A stretch of DNA of 64,000 bases from Paraphysomonas bandaiensis (GCA_965644295.1 CBFFRP010000358.1:62001-126000); one strand, 5' to 3'. Shown: positions 35,101-47,582, counted from the stretch's first letter. Program-made: numbers and translations. The notes: generated from the letters alone by a model not told the origin.

Positions 35101-35810
35101 TTCGCAGTGGTGGCTATACTCATGTGTATTTGATATCTGGTGGTATTGGAGTTACACCTATACTTTCTATCGCCGATTACTTCAGTCGTGCTTCTGAAAC
35201 GAAAACTGTTGATACGTTGTTACCACAGTTTACTGTGATGTCTGTGGCAAAGTCGGAGTCATTCTTTGAAGAGTTTGCTGATTTTTTCTTATCTTATCGT
35301 GCGAGTGGAATGAACGTACTCTTGTATTGTACTGAGGGAAAAAGACCGGTAAAAGTGATACCTACACATATTTCCAAGCTGGAACAGAAGTCAGAGACAA
35401 TAAATAGCACAGCCTTAGCCAAAACGACAATTTCTCATACCAATATCGCATCGACTGGACAGACATCTGACGACGAGTTTGGGCAAGCTATTGTACTTGG
35501 AAACGACAACGACAGATCTTGTCAACCAAGCAGCAATACATACCACACGCAGACGAAAAAGCCACCGCTAAAGTTCAGTCCTCGTTCTTCACCGAAACCA
35601 GATATAAGTTCTATTTACAGGATAATGAAATTTTCCAGACCCGATGTGAAATCTGACCTGTTCAAGGTTTGCTCTTCAGGGAGGGCAACTGTTGCCGTTG
35701 TAGTGTGTGGACCGAACAGTCTCAGTAAATCAGTCCGTGACGCCTGTAATCTGGTTTCTAGGTCCACCAAATGCCGCATCGACCTGCACATAGAAGCTTT
35801 CAATATATAA
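32179..35810 (+). CDS. Ferric reductase/NOX-family protein with N-terminal reeler-like domain, P/T stalk and DOMON domain (exons 32179-32339, 32393-32511, 32593-35810)
   Basis: Heme His pairs YHRNLG...AIH and WMH...CLH; HPFS (FAD); GPYG, GGIGVTP, VCGP and terminal EAF (NADPH); DOMON-like LHW...WFGGG...LIWAHG...KH; spliced N-terminus gives a signal peptide plus YEPGETLTVTV. Confidence 0.85.
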
Positions 35811-36439
35811 TCGTCATATTATGCGGATGTGACTTCTGTGAGAATCAGCGAAGTGCAACACACTTATACGATAACTACAGGACTTGAAGATAAATGCGAG
35901 ATTGGCGGGTTATACCCCATTTTGTTTAATAAGGTAATGCTAACAGCTATAGACGTCGGGTGCCTTTCATTTTATAGGAGGGCTGTCTATACTTCACCAT
36001 ATTGTTTTGTTTCTTTCATTTTATATGTTGCAATAATATGGCGCTAGTTTCTGTATCAGTAAGTGACTTTCGTAGGATAGTTTAACTTTAATTAACTGAA
36101 CAGAACCTACACTCTATAATCTATTAATAAGAATTTATGATCATTACAATCCGATCTTAGACTACAATCTTATATACAGTCAATATATTTCAGTTTCACT
36201 ACCATAATTCAAATAAGTCGAGGTAATACCAAAACCTGGGTTTTGATGTAAAACCTGGTGAAATTTTTGGTGATGGTCGGAAAAGGGTATAACTATGCAC
36301 AATAAGTAACTATGAAGTTAATAACAGTGTGAAGAGTATTATTTATAATATTTTTTACTAATTTCTTCCATATTACTTCAGTTTTACAGCAATAAAAGTC
36401 ACCGACTACACATATATATTACATACAGTTCACAAGTAT

Positions 36440-36835
36440 GAACTATAACCATCTCACTAAACACCACTACACCATCTCAGAATACACCCACATACCATCT
36501 CACTATACACCCATATACCATCTCACTATACACCCATACCATATTACTATGCATCACTATACCATCCCACTATATTATACCACTATACCATCTACTGTAT
36601 GCCACTATACCACCTAACTATACATCACTACACTATCTCACTATACACCCATATACCATCTCACTATACACCCATATACCATCTCACTATACACCCATAC
36701 CATATTACTATGCATCACTATACCATCCCACTATATTATACCACTATACCATCTACTGTATACCACTATACCACCTAACTATACATCACTACACTATCTC
36801 ACTATACACCCATATACCATTTCACTATACACCTA
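36440..36835. repeat. Minisatellite of cactatacacccatataccatct-like units with a higher-order duplication of about 161 bp
   Basis: catattactatgcatcactat recurs at 36540 and 36701. Confidence 0.85.
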
Positions 36836-36857
36836 CGTATGGGACAAATCATACGCG

Positions 36858-37313
36858 ATGGGCAGAAATCAAGCCAAAGGGAAAACCGGGCCTGATCACA
36901 TAACAACGGCCTCAGCATGCGCAGACTGTGCACTCCCAATCGACAACATGGCACACATGCTTCTCACCTGCACACACCCCGACCTCACTCACATACGTGA
37001 AGATGTTCACCAAGCACACCACAAGTTCGACAAACTTCGCACACGCACGCTCCCCCATCCCTGGTTCCACACCGCCATAATCAAACTAGCAAAAGCCGCA
37101 TGGAATCCACACACACCCCAGGCTGAGCGCTACTGGACCGGCCACATTACTGCCACACAATTGACCGACGCATTCGGACGCCACATATCCAGCTCACTGC
37201 TCGAACATCAGTTCCACGTTCTCGAAAAATCCGTAACCTCTATCCTCCTTCCCCTATATGGTGGAGGGCTCCGCATGCTTCGAAACAGAGGTCTCAGACA
37301 TACAGTGGATTGA
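36858..37313 (+). pseudogene. LINE ORF2 C-terminal fragment (CCHC zinc finger)
   Basis: CADC...DNMAHMLLTC..PDLTHIR resembles the non-LTR RT-associated zinc finger. Confidence 0.6.
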
Positions 37314-37754
37314 GGAGTGTGGACTCGTGTAGAGAGGTCCAACAAGTACAAGCAGACGAAACATTATAACATCGTTTGATTGTGCACGTTAGAACACTTC
37401 CTATTCCCCCTGCTTTGAGCCCACCTGAACATTGAACCCATCATACTACACCGCAACCACACTGCACGAGCAGTGCTTACAACACGCACATCATGACAAT
37501 AATATATATATATGCATAACTTAACACACCATACACATGCATACATATAGAGTGATGCATGTATCTTCTGAGTTAGTATCTTCTGATGTTAATATGGTGA
37601 CATTGTTGATGACAGTGAGGAGTGCTCAGGAGGTGTGGTTTATCGGATGAGGTGTTCATTGTTGTGTGGATCACACCTCCTGAGCACACAGACAGACAGA
37701 CAGACACGTACACATACATCAGATTGCTGCAGAGCTGATACCACTCTCAGACAT

Positions 37755-38370
37755 GGCGACATATCCAACGACGACCCGGAGGCGGAGGAAGAGATACCAC
37801 GAAAGTGCACGAGCAGGGTAAGCAATACTGCTCATAAAGATGGTGACGGGGTCGTATGTCGTATATATGCGGTATTGTTCTGATTATTGTTGTGCGTTGT
37901 TACTATACACTGCACTAACTGTGTACATATTATGGTGTAGGAGAAGTGCAACGGGAAGAAGAATGTTGTCAACATTCGTGGCGACATATCCAACGACGAC
38001 CCGGAGGCGGAGGAAGAGATACCACGAAAGTGCACGAGCAGGGTAAGTAATACTGTTCATAAAGATGGTGACGGGGTCGTATGTCGTATATATGCGGTAT
38101 TGTTCTGATTATTGTTGTGCGTTGTTACTATACACTGCACTAACTGTGTACATATTATGGTGTAGGAGAAGTGCAACGGGAAGAAGAATGTTGTCAACAT
38201 TCGTGGCGACATATCCAACGACGACCCGGAGGCGGAGGAAGAGATACCACGAAAGCGCACGAGCAGGGTAAGTAATACTGTTCATAAAGATGGTGACGGG
38301 GTCGTATGTCGTATATATGCGGTATTGTTCTGATTATTGTTGTGCGTTGTTACTATACACTGTACTAACT
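37755..38370 (+). repeat. 225-bp tandem repeat (about 2.7 copies), each unit a 102-nt exon-like plus 123-nt intron-like segment
   Basis: Near-identical units; tgtag|GAG at 37941 and 38166, AGG|gtaag at 37817, 38042 and 38267. Confidence 0.85.
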
Positions 38371-38961
38371 GCTTATGATCCTTCACCTGCTTATGATCCT
38401 CCACCTACTAGCAATGTGCCCCCAGCGGCTGTTGCCGCGTCGTTTCCGAGCATAGGTACTAATACTACTGTAAGTAGTAGTGGTAAAGATGGCTATATGC
38501 GTATGCAATGTATCCGAAATCAGGCTATTCGGTTGGAGCGTTTGCAGTCTCAAGCGAAGCAGGTGTAGCTATATGAGAATATGATATTACAAAACACAAG
38601 TAATAATAGCAGGGCCAACTTTTAACGCAATAAATACTGCTAATAACAACTATACTTGCGACTTTTTCTTTATCTTTAACCTCTCAGATACAAATTACAG
38701 TAAAATAATAACTCAATACTTATATATGAAACCTGGTGAAATTGCTTTACCAGGTTTTGGTATTACCTCGACTTAATCATTAGTTCATGTAATACTGTAT
38801 ACAAGTTTACAATTACGTCGTTTAAGTTTAAGTAACGGTCATATTTCGGATATACTAAAATACAGCTTTTAAAGTCTTACTTCGACTGTGCAAACCCATC
38901 CCATTTTTCCTGGATAGCCAAAGTGCTGGTAACTTCGCTCTTAATCCGGTATTCCATTAAG

Positions 38962-41900
38962 TGTTGAGTTTTGCTGTTTGTGAGCAATTAAAAGCTGTAG
39001 TTTCCAAGATATTAGAATTATATCCGTTACTCAAAGAATACAGTAGTAGCTAGCTGTAGTATGAGAACCAATAATATGATAGCCATTGTAGTGATAAAAC
39101 TGAAATATACTGACTGTACAAGATAGTGACGATGTAAGATCGTACTAGAAATGGTTGGTGTAGTAGAGATAGAAAGAGTTGGTGAACGTCAATGAATGAA
39201 GTATGGTATCTCTTATAATTATATAATATTCCATATAAGTGTTAACAAAGGTCTTATTACTAAAAATGTCTATTTCTAACATGGTAGCAGACAGTAGTTC
39301 GGAGTGGAAACTTCTTCCTAAATTTGATCAGTTCGGTGTAGTGAATTGGTCAAAGAATCTGAAAGTGTGGTTGATGAGGAAGAACAGGAACCATCTGGGT
39401 CTAGAGGACCGTCCAGTAAGACCAGCAAATAATGCGCCAGTGACAGTCCGAAATAAGTACAAGGAGGATCTGGACAAGTGGCTGGAGAGGAAAGACACGT
39501 GCATCAGTTCGATATTTGAAGCTGTTCAACCAGTCGCTGAAGCCCTTGAGATCGTGGATCAGTACTTCCGGGAAAAGGATATGCTCCCGCAGGACCATCC
39601 TGATAAAGAGCAGTTAGCGAGTGAACTCATCTCTAGGTTAATTGTTCGGTTTCGAGGGGAAATCCAATATGAATTAGTTGAATTGAATAAGAAGTTTGCA
39701 GGATTCAAAATTCTACCGGGGGAACTCGTGTGCGCAGCAATCGATCGACTAAACGGCATCTGTCAAAAAATGTCCGAGTTGGGGGAACCACCCACTGACA
39801 TCGCTAAAAAAACGAAGTTACAGACTGCCCTCGAAACACGAAGCGATTTGGAGCAATTGTACACCAATCTCTACCTACAAGGTGACATAACCTTTATTGA
39901 TATGATCACCATATGCAGGAGATACGATCAGGCAAAAGGTGTCCCGAAAGAAGGCACCGACGAAGTAAACATGAATTCCACTGCTGATGAAAATGAGGTG
40001 TGCAGCTATCCCAAATGTGGCAAACGGGGTCACTCACAGAAATCGTGCTGGAAGAAGAAGAGAGACCTTAAGATCGCGAAATTAAGAAGGCAGGGAAAGA
40101 GTCGTGGCGCTAGGAATCGATCTGAGAGTCGCAGAGACAACAACGAGAAGAAAAAATCAGATGGCTGCTATGTATGTGGAGACACCAGACATCGTGCGTA
40201 TAAGTGCAAATTTCGTGCTCAAGTACGTAGTGACTCTGCCCAAGGAGACAAAAACCGGCCATTTTTGGACGAAAAGCCTGCAAAACGCACAGATTGGAAT
40301 CGTTTTTTGCGGAGAGAGGAGCAAGAGGAAGATTCGGACTCTGTGAACATGATTATGTATGAGGAACCGCATGATGATTCATGTGTCTCTGAAGAGGTGC
40401 TACACACTTCCGATGAACCCGTGTATTTAGACAGCTGTGCCTCTAATAAACTGTTCATTGTTAAGGACAGAAATTTCCTTCATACGGTCAAGAAGGAGGA
40501 TGGAAATATACAGACAACCAGAGCTGGATCCAGTTTACACTATGAGGAAACTGGAGGCTTTGGCGATTGGACTGACATCAAGATCTGCCCTGGATCAGTC
40601 AAGAATATCTGCTCTGGAGGAATACTCCGTTCTCACGGGTATGGATTGCAGTTGTTGAACAAGCCCACTGTTGTGCGACTTGATACTGGGGAGACTGTAT
40701 TGGAGGCAACCTACTCAAGCAACGGAATGCCTTATGTAAATTTACAGGAAATACTTGATCTTCCAAATTTGACAATGCTGGAGGAAGTATATTTGTCCGA
40801 CAAGGTGCATGAAGATCCGTTAGAGATGTTACACAAGCGCTGTGGACACGTCAGCAAACATAAGCTGATTGAAGCGTTTAAACACAGACTTTTTACCGGG
40901 AGCGGATTAACCCGACGACATCTCAGCAAGAAGAGTTTACGAAAAATGAAAGGTATTTGTAAAGCTTGCGCAAAATCAAAGATGACAAGGAAATCATTCA
41001 CCGCAAAGAGAGATGACGAACTGCAAGCTACAGAGTTCCTTGAGAAGGTTTCTGTGGACATTGCTGTATATTTCAATTGCCCATCCAGACAAGGATACAA
41101 ATATGTTCTGACATTATCAGATATAGCCACCAAGGAGTTTTGGGAATATCCGTTGGAGACACGGTCTGCGAATGAGGTGTTGAGTTGCGTGAAGGACTGG
41201 GTTGAGCGTAAACTCCCTACATATCCCGGTTCACACCGGTTGATACAGTACCATTCGGATGGGGGGCTGAGTTGATCGACAAGTCCATTCAGCAATACTT
41301 AATGAGCAAGTTTGGAACTAGCATCACTTGGAGCTCCACAGACAGCCCTGAGATGAATGGTGTATCTGAGCGTAGGAATCGAACATTGGGAGAAATGACT
41401 CTGGCTCTGTTAATGGACTCAGGATTACCCGTAATTTTTTGGTGGGATGCTTATGTATATGCATGCATGATAGTTCGACGAATGCCTACACGTACATATC
41501 GAGGTTGGATGTCTCCAATGGAATGCGTCCCAGGAGGTTCAGTCCCTGACTTATCGAGATTTCGACGCTGGGGGTGCAAGGCTTATGTGCTTATTCCCAA
41601 AGGTGATCGTCGAAAGGACTGGCAGGAGAAGTCGCAGACTGGGTATTTCATAGGTCTATCCAATACGAAAAAGGGATCCCGTGTGTGGCTTGGTGACAAA
41701 GAAGTCGTATCAGTACATGTTCTGTATGATGAAAGTATACCTCCAAGAGATAAGGAGTACTATGCAGAGCTTGAAGAGGCCTTAGTCAAAACTGACCCAT
41801 TAGATCGATCAGTTGAAGAGTTTAAACATCTGATTGGTTCGTATCATGTGGACGACGGGTTTCTCTTTAAGACTACGAGAGTTGTGGTGCGAAAAGGACT

Positions 41901-44393
41901 AATTGTGGCGTTTAGGGCGCTAGTAACTGCTGGGAAAGAGCAGATAGAAGAAAAAGTCCCTATTCACGTACGTGATATTGCCGAGTTGACTGGTGACTAT
42001 AACCGCAGGCTGTACTCAAAACCTCGTTCTTGTGACGACAAGAGAGGTGGATCGTCATCTACGCCGGCTTCGGGTGACACGCCCAATAAGTCTACGGCGG
42101 ATGAGATTCCAGGGAAGAGAATGTCCCTTCGTACTTTGCCGGAGAGTAGTGCGGGTGCTGTACCGAGTGGGGTCAGCGCGAATCGTGTCTTTGAGAATAT
42201 ACCTTCTTGTGTGCCAAGTGAGAATAGTGGTACTGTACATGCTGAGTCAAGGGAGACCAGTGGTAAACGTACGCGAATCCGAAGGGTGTTGACTAATGTG
42301 TCCACCCTGGGTGAGGTAAACCTTCTCCATGATGAGGAGATTGTTAACTTGTGTGATGAGAGTGATTGCGCACTTATGTCTAACTCGTCTACTTATAGAG
42401 AGCCTGAGACGTATGAAGAGTCATTGACATGTCCTGAAGCTTCAAATTGGAAGGAAGCTAGACGATTAGAACGGAATGCATTATTCAAGCGGGAAGTGTT
42501 TAATGTCGTTGAGACGCCACCTGGTGTTAGACCTCTAAAGTCCAGATATGTGTTCAAACGAAAATACAATAAAGATGGATCAATAAAAAAGCATAAAGCT
42601 CGTCTGGTCGCTCTGGGATATGGTCAAAGGACAGTATGCACATCCATCAACTTGACGTGTCGAATGCATTCTGTTATGCTAAAATCGAAGGAGACGTGTA
42701 CATGGACCCTCCTCCCGATTTTCAGTTGCCACCAGGACACTGTTTCAAACTATATCGCTCACTATATGGCCTTCGGAGTTCTCCACGTTCATGGTGGAAG
42801 ACCATACATGGATTTATAAAGTCTTTGGGATTCAAACCCTGCATTTTAGAACCATGTCTATATTATATGATGTACAAAGGTCATCGTGTGTACTTAACCA
42901 TATACGTTGATGATATAGTAATCGCTTGTGCGGATCTGACTATTTTGACAGAAATCAAGAAACGGTTTTGTGAAAGATTTGACATGTCAGACATGGGAGA
43001 ATTAGAGCATTTTCTCAACGTTCGAGTTACAAGGACCAAGAATTATATTCAACTTGACCAATCGACATACGCTGAAAAAATTCTCACCAAATATGCAGCA
43101 TTCCTTGGACCTTCAAACAAAGTTCGCAAATCCCCACTACCTGTAGATGCCATGGACAGGATTAATTGCACTGATAGTGAGAACTCATCTCAGGAGGAAG
43201 AGGGAGTCGACAATTATCCCTATCGTAGCTTACTAGGTGCCATGCTATATCTATCAATGAATACGCGTCCAGATATTGCGTATGCTGTTGGCCTATTGTC
43301 ACGATATGCTTCGAAACCAACAAAGGCTACATGCAAGTTGATGACTTATTTGTTACAATACATCAGGGGTACTGTGCGGAAAGGTATTCGGTTCAGTGGT
43401 AAGAGCTTTGACATGCATATTTTCACAGACGCTGACTGGGCAGGCGATACTGTGTCACGAAGGTCGACAACTGGATACATTGTGTTTGCAGCAGGTGGAC
43501 CACTCACCTGGCAATCAATCTTACAAGTTACTGTGTCTACGTCTTCAATGCAGAGTGAGTACCAAGCTATGTACGCTGGCATGCAAGAACTGGTGTGGCT
43601 TCGGGGGGTGTTGGCCGAATTGGGACTTCGACTGTACGAACCCACTCCATTTTTTTTAGATAGCCAGAGTGCTCGTGATCTAGCATTAAATCCAGTGTTC
43701 CACAAAAGATCAAAACACATTGAAATCAAATACCACTGGGTGCGTGAACATGTAGATCCAGAAGGACGTTTTAACACTGCGATATTGTATCACGTTGGAA
43801 CTGATAACCAGACTGCAGACATATTTACGAAATCTTTGTGTGGCGTTATATACGAGAAGCATAGAAAGAGATGTCTAGGAGAAGATCAGAAGTCATCTGT
43901 GGATGTCATCAGAGAGAATTCATACAAACGAAACAGAGGCTCATAAACGTGTTGTCTACGGAGAGGCTAGCTGAAACGTCGGAGCCATACGTCCACCGGT
44001 TTGTCCTATACGGTTTCGGTGGTTGCGTATCCGTCAGTTATGCCATGTGTTACAGCTTTGAATTGAGAGGGAGTGTTGAGTTTTGCTGTTTGTGAGCAAT
44101 TAAAAGCTGTAGTTTCCAAGATATTAGAATTATATCCGTTACTCAAAGAATACAGTAGTAGCTAGCTGTAGTATGAGAACCAATAATATGATAGCCATTG
44201 TAGTGATAAAACTGAAATATACTGACTGTACAAGATAGTGACGATGTAAGATCGTACTAGAAATGGTTGGTGTAGTAGAGATAGAAAGAGTTGGTGAACG
44301 TCAATGAATGAAGTATGGTATCTCTTATAATTATATAATATTCCATATAAGTGTTAACAAAGGTCTTATTACTAAAAATGTCTATTTCTAACA
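38962..44393 (+). mobile_element. Full-length Ty1/Copia LTR retrotransposon; 320-bp LTRs 38962-39281 and 44074-44393; TSD TTAAG
   Basis: TG...CA LTRs identical by eye; PBS tggtagcaga (39282-39291); PPT gagagggag (44065-44073); ttaag on both flanks. Confidence 0.97.
39281..43946 (+). pseudogene. Copia gag-PR-IN-RT-RH polyprotein broken in two places (G-run near 41265; RT deletion near 42630)
   Basis: Zn knuckles CSYPKCGKRGHSQKSC and CYVCGDTRHRAYKC; PR YLDSCAS; HKRCGH/CKAC; IN VSVDI...HSDGG...NGVSER; RT YVDD; RH TDADWAG. Confidence 0.92.
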
Positions 44394-44434
44394 TTAAGAA
44401 GCACATTGAGATCTAAGTACCTACGACATAGGAG

Positions 44435-44548
44435 CAAGGCTGCGTAACAATTATATTAATTGCAACTAAATTGCAAATGTTTTTAGCAATTAAATTGCAA
44501 TTATTAAATAAATTCCATTGCAATTAAATTAATTGTTACGCAGCCCTG
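44435..44548. mobile_element. hAT-type MITE (114 bp)
   Basis: TIR ca(a/g)ggctgcgtaacaatta; 8-bp flanks cataggag / catagaag (7/8). Related ends at about 13538 and 18059. Confidence 0.75.
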
Positions 44549-44590
44549 CATAGAAGAGAATAAGAGTTCTGACTATTGTGAGGCTAACTC

Positions 44591-44990
44591 CCTCAACAAA
44601 GTCGGACTCGAACCTTTTCTTGGTGTTCAGGGGGACAAGTACCGGAGATATCTCTCCGAGAAGCTAACGTGAGCCGCAAACATAGACAGCAGATAACGTT
44701 CTGCCCTCCACTCAAAGTCTAATGCTTGTGTGGCACAAGGTGGGACACTAATCAGTGTCACTTGGGTCTTGACCAATAAATAGATATCCAAGAATGGGCC
44801 CACTTCAAGGATATCCGGGGTAATAGACTGTCTGCTGAAGAAGTCAAGCATCCGGGCTGTTCACCCTAAGGACTCAAATATCCTGAAGTTAGCAGATAGA
44901 TGTCAGGTATATCAACCTTCTGCATGCTCACTGGCTTGCTTTGAGTGATAGAGTTAAAGTGGAGGCGGTCGCACCTTGGTGCTTGCGGCG
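44591..44990. repeat. Second copy of the 4933-5229 dispersed repeat
   Basis: Colinear shared blocks with an extra internal segment. Confidence 0.75.
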
Positions 44991-45099
44991 ACGCGCGAGC
45001 AGCCCCCATAGCGTCAAATAGTAGGCTATTAGTAAATTAAATACTAGATAGATATTTGTTTAGTTTTAACTCTTTTATGCCAATTGCTAAATTATACAG

Positions 45100-45430
45100 A
45101 GTGAGGCTAACTGAAATGCCGGAGTCATACGTCTACCGATTGGTTTTGGTGGTTGCGTAGTATTCATCAGTTATGTCTCGTGTTATGAAGATTCAATCTA
45201 CAGCTTTAATTGAGAGGGAGTAACTCTGCAATCAATCAAAACTTGCATTTTAATGAATAAGAAATATGACTGTTACTTACACGATGCAGTAGATGTTAAA
45301 AAACAGTATTACATGAACAGTTCCTAACGATATAATATATATATTGACTGTATATAAGATCATGACTATCTAAGATCTGATAGTATTGTTTGGTAGTAGT
45401 GAGAATATAAATTAAGTGAATGACAATACT
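45100..45430 (+). mobile_element. Copia 3'-UTR, PPT and degenerate LTR relic
   Basis: gaggctaactgaaa...ggtggttgcgta...acagctttaattgagagggag matches 43963-44073. Confidence 0.65.
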
Positions 45431-45992
45431 TTATAGAAGATGTTGATCGCAATTTCCATAATTATTGAGTATATACTTTCTGTCTGTTCAGTTAATGGAG
45501 TTAAACCATCCTGCGAATATCGATTTCACTTGCATGGAACATAACTTGATCACAGTATGCATTCCCTCAGTGCCCTACTGAGGAATAAGAGTACAGTTAC
45601 TGTAACTACAGTACATCACTGAAATTGCTTTTTTGAGATTACGCAATGTCGGCTCTCATTCGACTGAGATATACTTATGTAATAATTGTATGAATGGTAA
45701 ATGAATTGAACAGGAACAGGTACATATGTAAAAGAATAATCAATCTAATTTAAACGCATTACAAGTCAATGCTCACTCAGTTTAGATTTCAACAGCACAC
45801 ATGACATTAGTTAATTATTAATTAGAACTATATATTAATTAAGCATAAAGTGCTAGTCCCATTTTTAAGATATAATATAAGTAATCTAATTTCCAGTGTA
45901 ATAGCAATGTTACCTCACAACGAAACCACTCCACAGCCTAAAAATAATTGATGTGTTTATCTTTGAATGCTCATATAATTTCAAACATAATA

Positions 45993-47425
45993 CTATCTCT
46001 GGCCCACAACCCGAAGAGTCTCTCGAGCTATTTGCAGCTCTTCATCCGTGGGTACTACTAATAGCATTATTGACGAAGATGATGTGGAAATAACTTCATC
46101 GTTACGTTCATTCCGTGCATCGTCAAGGGACATGGATTCAAAACATTTCAAATGAGATAAAATCTTTTTACGAATGAGAGAACTATTTTCACCGATGCCA
46201 CCTGTGAAAACGATTGCATTCAAGGGACCTGGAAGCGCAGCTACAAGAGCTAACATTTCTCTAGCTGCTTGATGCGCAAACATATCCAATGCCAGGACAC
46301 ATCGCTGTTGTATATCTTCCAGTACCCCATCCCTAGATATTTCTTTCCTGTCCCCGTTGTCACTTCGACGCATACCACAGGCCACCGAATATTTTTTATC
46401 TACACTAGTTTCGGTGGAATCATCGGGGGCTGAGCCATTCGGGTAGGCAGCATTCACTACGTCTCTGAAGTCGTGTGACAATCCGGACACACCTAGAAGT
46501 CCAGATTTTTTATTGAGTATGTCCATAATAGTGGGCATGCCACCCTCTAAAGCAGATGATAGATGACCGATTACAGAAGGATCAAGAGAACCACATCTAG
46601 TTGCCATCATAAGCCCACCTAGTGGGGTAAATCCCATGGTCGTGTCTCTGCAAGTATATTTAGGTGTTTCATCAACTGGGCAAAAAGACAGAGAGACAGC
46701 AGCCGCGGAGCAACCAGAGCCTAAATGAAAAATTATTGCCTGTTGGTCACGTTCCCGAAAGTCACAGGAATTCGTACTTAAGATACTATACAGACGATCG
46801 GATACATATGAGTAACTTATTCCGTGGAAACCGTATTTTCTGATGCGATGAGCGAGGGAGATTTCTAAGGGAAGAGGGTAGAGATGTACGTGTGGTGGGA
46901 TGGTGTTGTGGAATGCAGTATCAAACACAGCCACGTGGTCGACGTTCGGGAAGACTTCTTTGCATAACTGAATGCCCCGTAAATTGTGAGGATTGTGTAA
47001 CCTGAAGTCACGTCATCATATTACTACAAACACATATACATGTCAGTATCGCGAATCACTTACGGTGCCAGTGGAAAGAGATCCTGCAGCTGTCTCTCTG
47101 CCTCATCTGTGACGATGAGTGGGGCCGAGAAGGCGCTGCCCCCATTAACGAACCTGTGGCCCACAGCCCTCACGCTATCACCAGCACACACTTCCCGCAG
47201 AACCTCCCGCACACAGTCACTGTATTCCCTCCCTGTGAGTCTCTCTATGGTTCCTTTGGTCCTCCCTTCCCTCCTCGTACCTCGAGCTGAGGAAGATTCA
47301 TGCACACTCACCACCTCATATTTCACAGAGGAGGACCCGCAGTTCAGGACTAACACTCCTCCGTTACTTCTGTTGTTGCTGAAGGATCGCCGGATGGTTC
47401 GTGCTGACAGGGTCGAGGGCCTCAT
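45993..47425 (-). CDS. ackA: Acetate kinase (intron 47002-47063), with a mitochondrial-type presequence
   Basis: VLNCGSSSVKY, VGHRFVNGG, LAP|LHN, VFDTAFH, KYGFHGISY, HLGSGCS, MGFTPLGG, FTGGIGENS, PTDEELQIA. Confidence 0.95.
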
Positions 47426-47526
47426 CTGTCCTTAAGAATATGCGCAGCAGACGCTCATAGATACACAGAGCACACCCCTCGCTCATACAGGACTACAACA
47501 GAGTACACTGGAATACAGACTCCACA

Positions 47527-47582
47527 AAAAAACCCAAAACTCACAAGACTGACCCTTAAAAACCCTTAAAAACCCTAAAAAA
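47527..47582. promoter_or_regulatory. Clustered AAAACCC(T) motifs in a 222-bp bidirectional spacer
   Basis: aaaaaaacccaaaac, aaaaacccttaaaaaaccctaaaa; similar clusters at 56341-56412 and about 15675-15750. Confidence 0.4.

Larger units (their letters stand above)
36216..38773. mobile_element. TIR element with TA target duplication carrying a LINE fragment and tandem repeats
   Basis: Perfect inverted repeat taagtcgaggtaataccaaaacctgg (36214-36239 / 38750-38775); the flanks rejoin as a minus-strand LTR-like sequence similar to 45255-45380. Confidence 0.75.

Noticed and set aside
37755-38370. CRISPR-like array (also 14250-14477 and 36440-36835)
   Set aside because: Whole units are repeated with no unique spacers; eukaryotic context and no cas genes.
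41255-41280. Programmed ribosomal frameshift in the Copia
   Set aside because: It falls inside the integrase core rather than at the gag-pol junction; a 1-bp homopolymer loss (mutation or sequencing error) is simpler.
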